Shown: one piece after another, positions 62,960 through 64,000 of the stretch
How the letters are laid out: the number at the start of each line of letters is the position of its first letter
Position numbering within the stretch: position 1 is the first letter of the stretch
From: an uncultured Acidimicrobiaceae bacterium
GTDB lineage: Bacteria; Actinomycetota; Acidimicrobiia; Acidimicrobiales; RAAP-2
Direction of reading: 5' to 3'
DNA length: 64,000 nt
NCBI GenBank assembly: GCA_963834405.1
Contig: CAWIBX010000006.1
Location: forward strand, 281,577 to 345,576
The notes under the pieces: model-generated
What the model was told of the DNA's origin: nothing
Seen by the model: the letters and a program-made list of their open reading frames with translations, nothing else
The model's database searches: none
Translations under genes and position numbers: made by a program

Positions 62960-63553
62960 TCAGGCGCGCGCCGGCGTGCGCCCCATGGGTGCCGCCGTCA
63001 TCGTCCGCAATTCCTCCGCGCAGGAGCCGATCACCGCGGCGAGCGCTGGGCTCTTCACGTCGGCCGTCCAGCGCTCGAACGCGACCTTGAAGATGGTCAT
63101 CCCGGTTTCCGCCGCCAGCGCGGCGGACGGATCCGGTACGCGGCGTCGCCGCAACGCGTCGGCCAGGGCCGACGCCAACCTCGAGAGCTTCACCTGCTCG
63201 CGCTCCTGAAGCTCAACGTTCGCTGCAATGATCGCCTGCCGGTCTCGTGCGAAATCGCGCCGCTCCTCGAAGATGTCGGTGGCCGCGCCGGTGAATGCCT
63301 GCACCACCGTGTCGATGGCGGACAACGAAGGCGGGGCCTCTTCGACGCGCCCGACGAGAAAGTCCTGCAGCATGCCGGCGCCTCCGAACAGCACCTCGCG
63401 TTTGTCCGCGTAGTGCCGGAAGAAGGTCCGCTCGGTGAGGCCGGCCCGTTCGGCGATGTCCGCCACCGTCGTGTTCTCGAAGCCGCGCTCGCGGTACAGC
63501 TCCATCGCCGCCTGCTCCAGGCGCCCCCGCGCGTCGGGTTCCCATCGGCCCAT
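62960..63553 (-). CDS. TetR family transcriptional regulator
   Basis: LEQAAMELYRERGFENTTVADIAERAGLTERTFFRHYADKREVLF. ATG at 63553. Confidence 0.85.
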   Translation of the reverse strand: MGRWEPDARGRLEQAAMELYRERGFENTTVADIAERAGLTERTFFRHYADKREVLFGGAGMLQDFLVGRVEEAPPSLSAIDTVVQAFTGAATDIFEERRDFARDRQAIIAANVELQEREQVKLSRLASALADALRRRRVPDPSAALAAETGMTIFKVAFERWTADVKSPALAAVIGSCAEELRTMTAAPMGRTPARA

Positions 63554-63567
63554 GGACCGATGGTACT

Positions 63568-63628
63568 TGACAGTGATGTCAGGGACTGTCATGATGATGA
63601 CAGCAACTGACATCAGCAGGTGATGTCA
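63568..63628. promoter_or_regulatory. Three adjacent palindromes built on TGACA/TGTCA half-sites (candidate TetR operators)
   Basis: TGACA-GTGA-TGTCA (63568-63581). CTGTCAT-GATG-ATGACAG (63586-63603). TGACATCA-GCAGG-TGATGTCA (63608-63628). They lie between divergent starts at 63553(-) and 63690(+). Confidence 0.55.
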
Positions 63629-63689
63629 TCGATCCAGGGAGTGCTCCCCCTTTCCCCGGGAGGGCGCCCCACGAGCGGGAGGTACCCCC

Positions 63690-64000
63690 ATGCGTGTCCT
63701 CGTCACCGGCGCGTCCGGACACATCGGCTCCGCCGTCATCCCCGAGCTCCTTGGCGCCGACCACCAGGTCGTCGGCCTCGCCCGTTCGGACGGCGCCGCG
63801 GCTGCCATCTCAGCCCTCGGCGCCGAGGTGCGCCGGGGTGACCTCGACGACCTCGACGGGCTGCGGGAGGCGGCGGACGCCGCCGACGGCGTCATCCACC
63901 TCGCGTTCAAGCACGAGTTGAACGACCTCGTGCGCGCCGCCACCTCGGACCTGATGGCCGTCGAGGCGATGACGGCCGCGCTCAAGGAATCCGACAAGCC
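63690..64000 (+). CDS. Atypical SDR / NmrA-like NAD(P)-binding protein (5' part, runs off window)
   Basis: MRVLVTGASGHIGSAVIPELL Rossmann start. GGGAGG RBS. No stop before the window end. Confidence 0.8.
   Translation, partial: MRVLVTGASGHIGSAVIPELLGADHQVVGLARSDGAAAAISALGAEVRRGDLDDLDGLREAADAADGVIHLAFKHELNDLVRAATSDLMAVEAMTAALKESDK

Overview
This is a 64 kb, very G+C-rich chromosomal segment that looks actinobacterial. Supporting signs are archaeal-type ValRS, WS/DGAT, a WhiG/FliA-type sigma factor, frequent GTG starts and ATGA/GTGA start-stop overlaps. I could support about 70 protein-coding genes. I found no rRNA, tRNA or CRISPR array.

Housekeeping genes:
- cysS and valS
- tsaC and tsaD
- gmd
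- ccmABC and ccdA
- two acyl-CoA dehydrogenases and an enoyl-CoA hydratase

These are interleaved with many regulators: four TetR, one GntR, one MarR-like, one CsoR, one NarL-type two-component pair, an orphan OmpR-type regulator, a large LuxR-type ATPase regulator and a sigma-28-type sigma factor.

Most notable content:
1. A translationally coupled four-gene membrane operon (21335-23719). Two paralogous polytopic proteins are followed by orphan CyoC-like and CyoD-like oxidase subunits, with no catalytic subunits I/II. It sits in a lower-G+C stretch.
2. An encapsulated-ferritin plus Family-1 encapsulin pair (60006-61180). It lies in a neighbourhood of metal and oxidative-stress genes, including a CsoR-controlled His-rich permease with a recognisable operator.
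3. An intact IS1182-type element with perfect terminal repeats and CTAG flanks, sitting in the gmd/glycosyltransferase divergent promoter.
4. Several disrupted genes:
   - glutamate decarboxylase with a homopolymer frameshift
   - a decayed tandem copy of the OmpR-type regulator
   - a junction joining a 5' TrxR-like fragment to a 3' GH15 fragment
   - a possibly frameshifted esterase
5. Several compact repeat or palindrome elements in intergenic regions.

All functional calls come from motif-level reading of the supplied translations. No database search was run.
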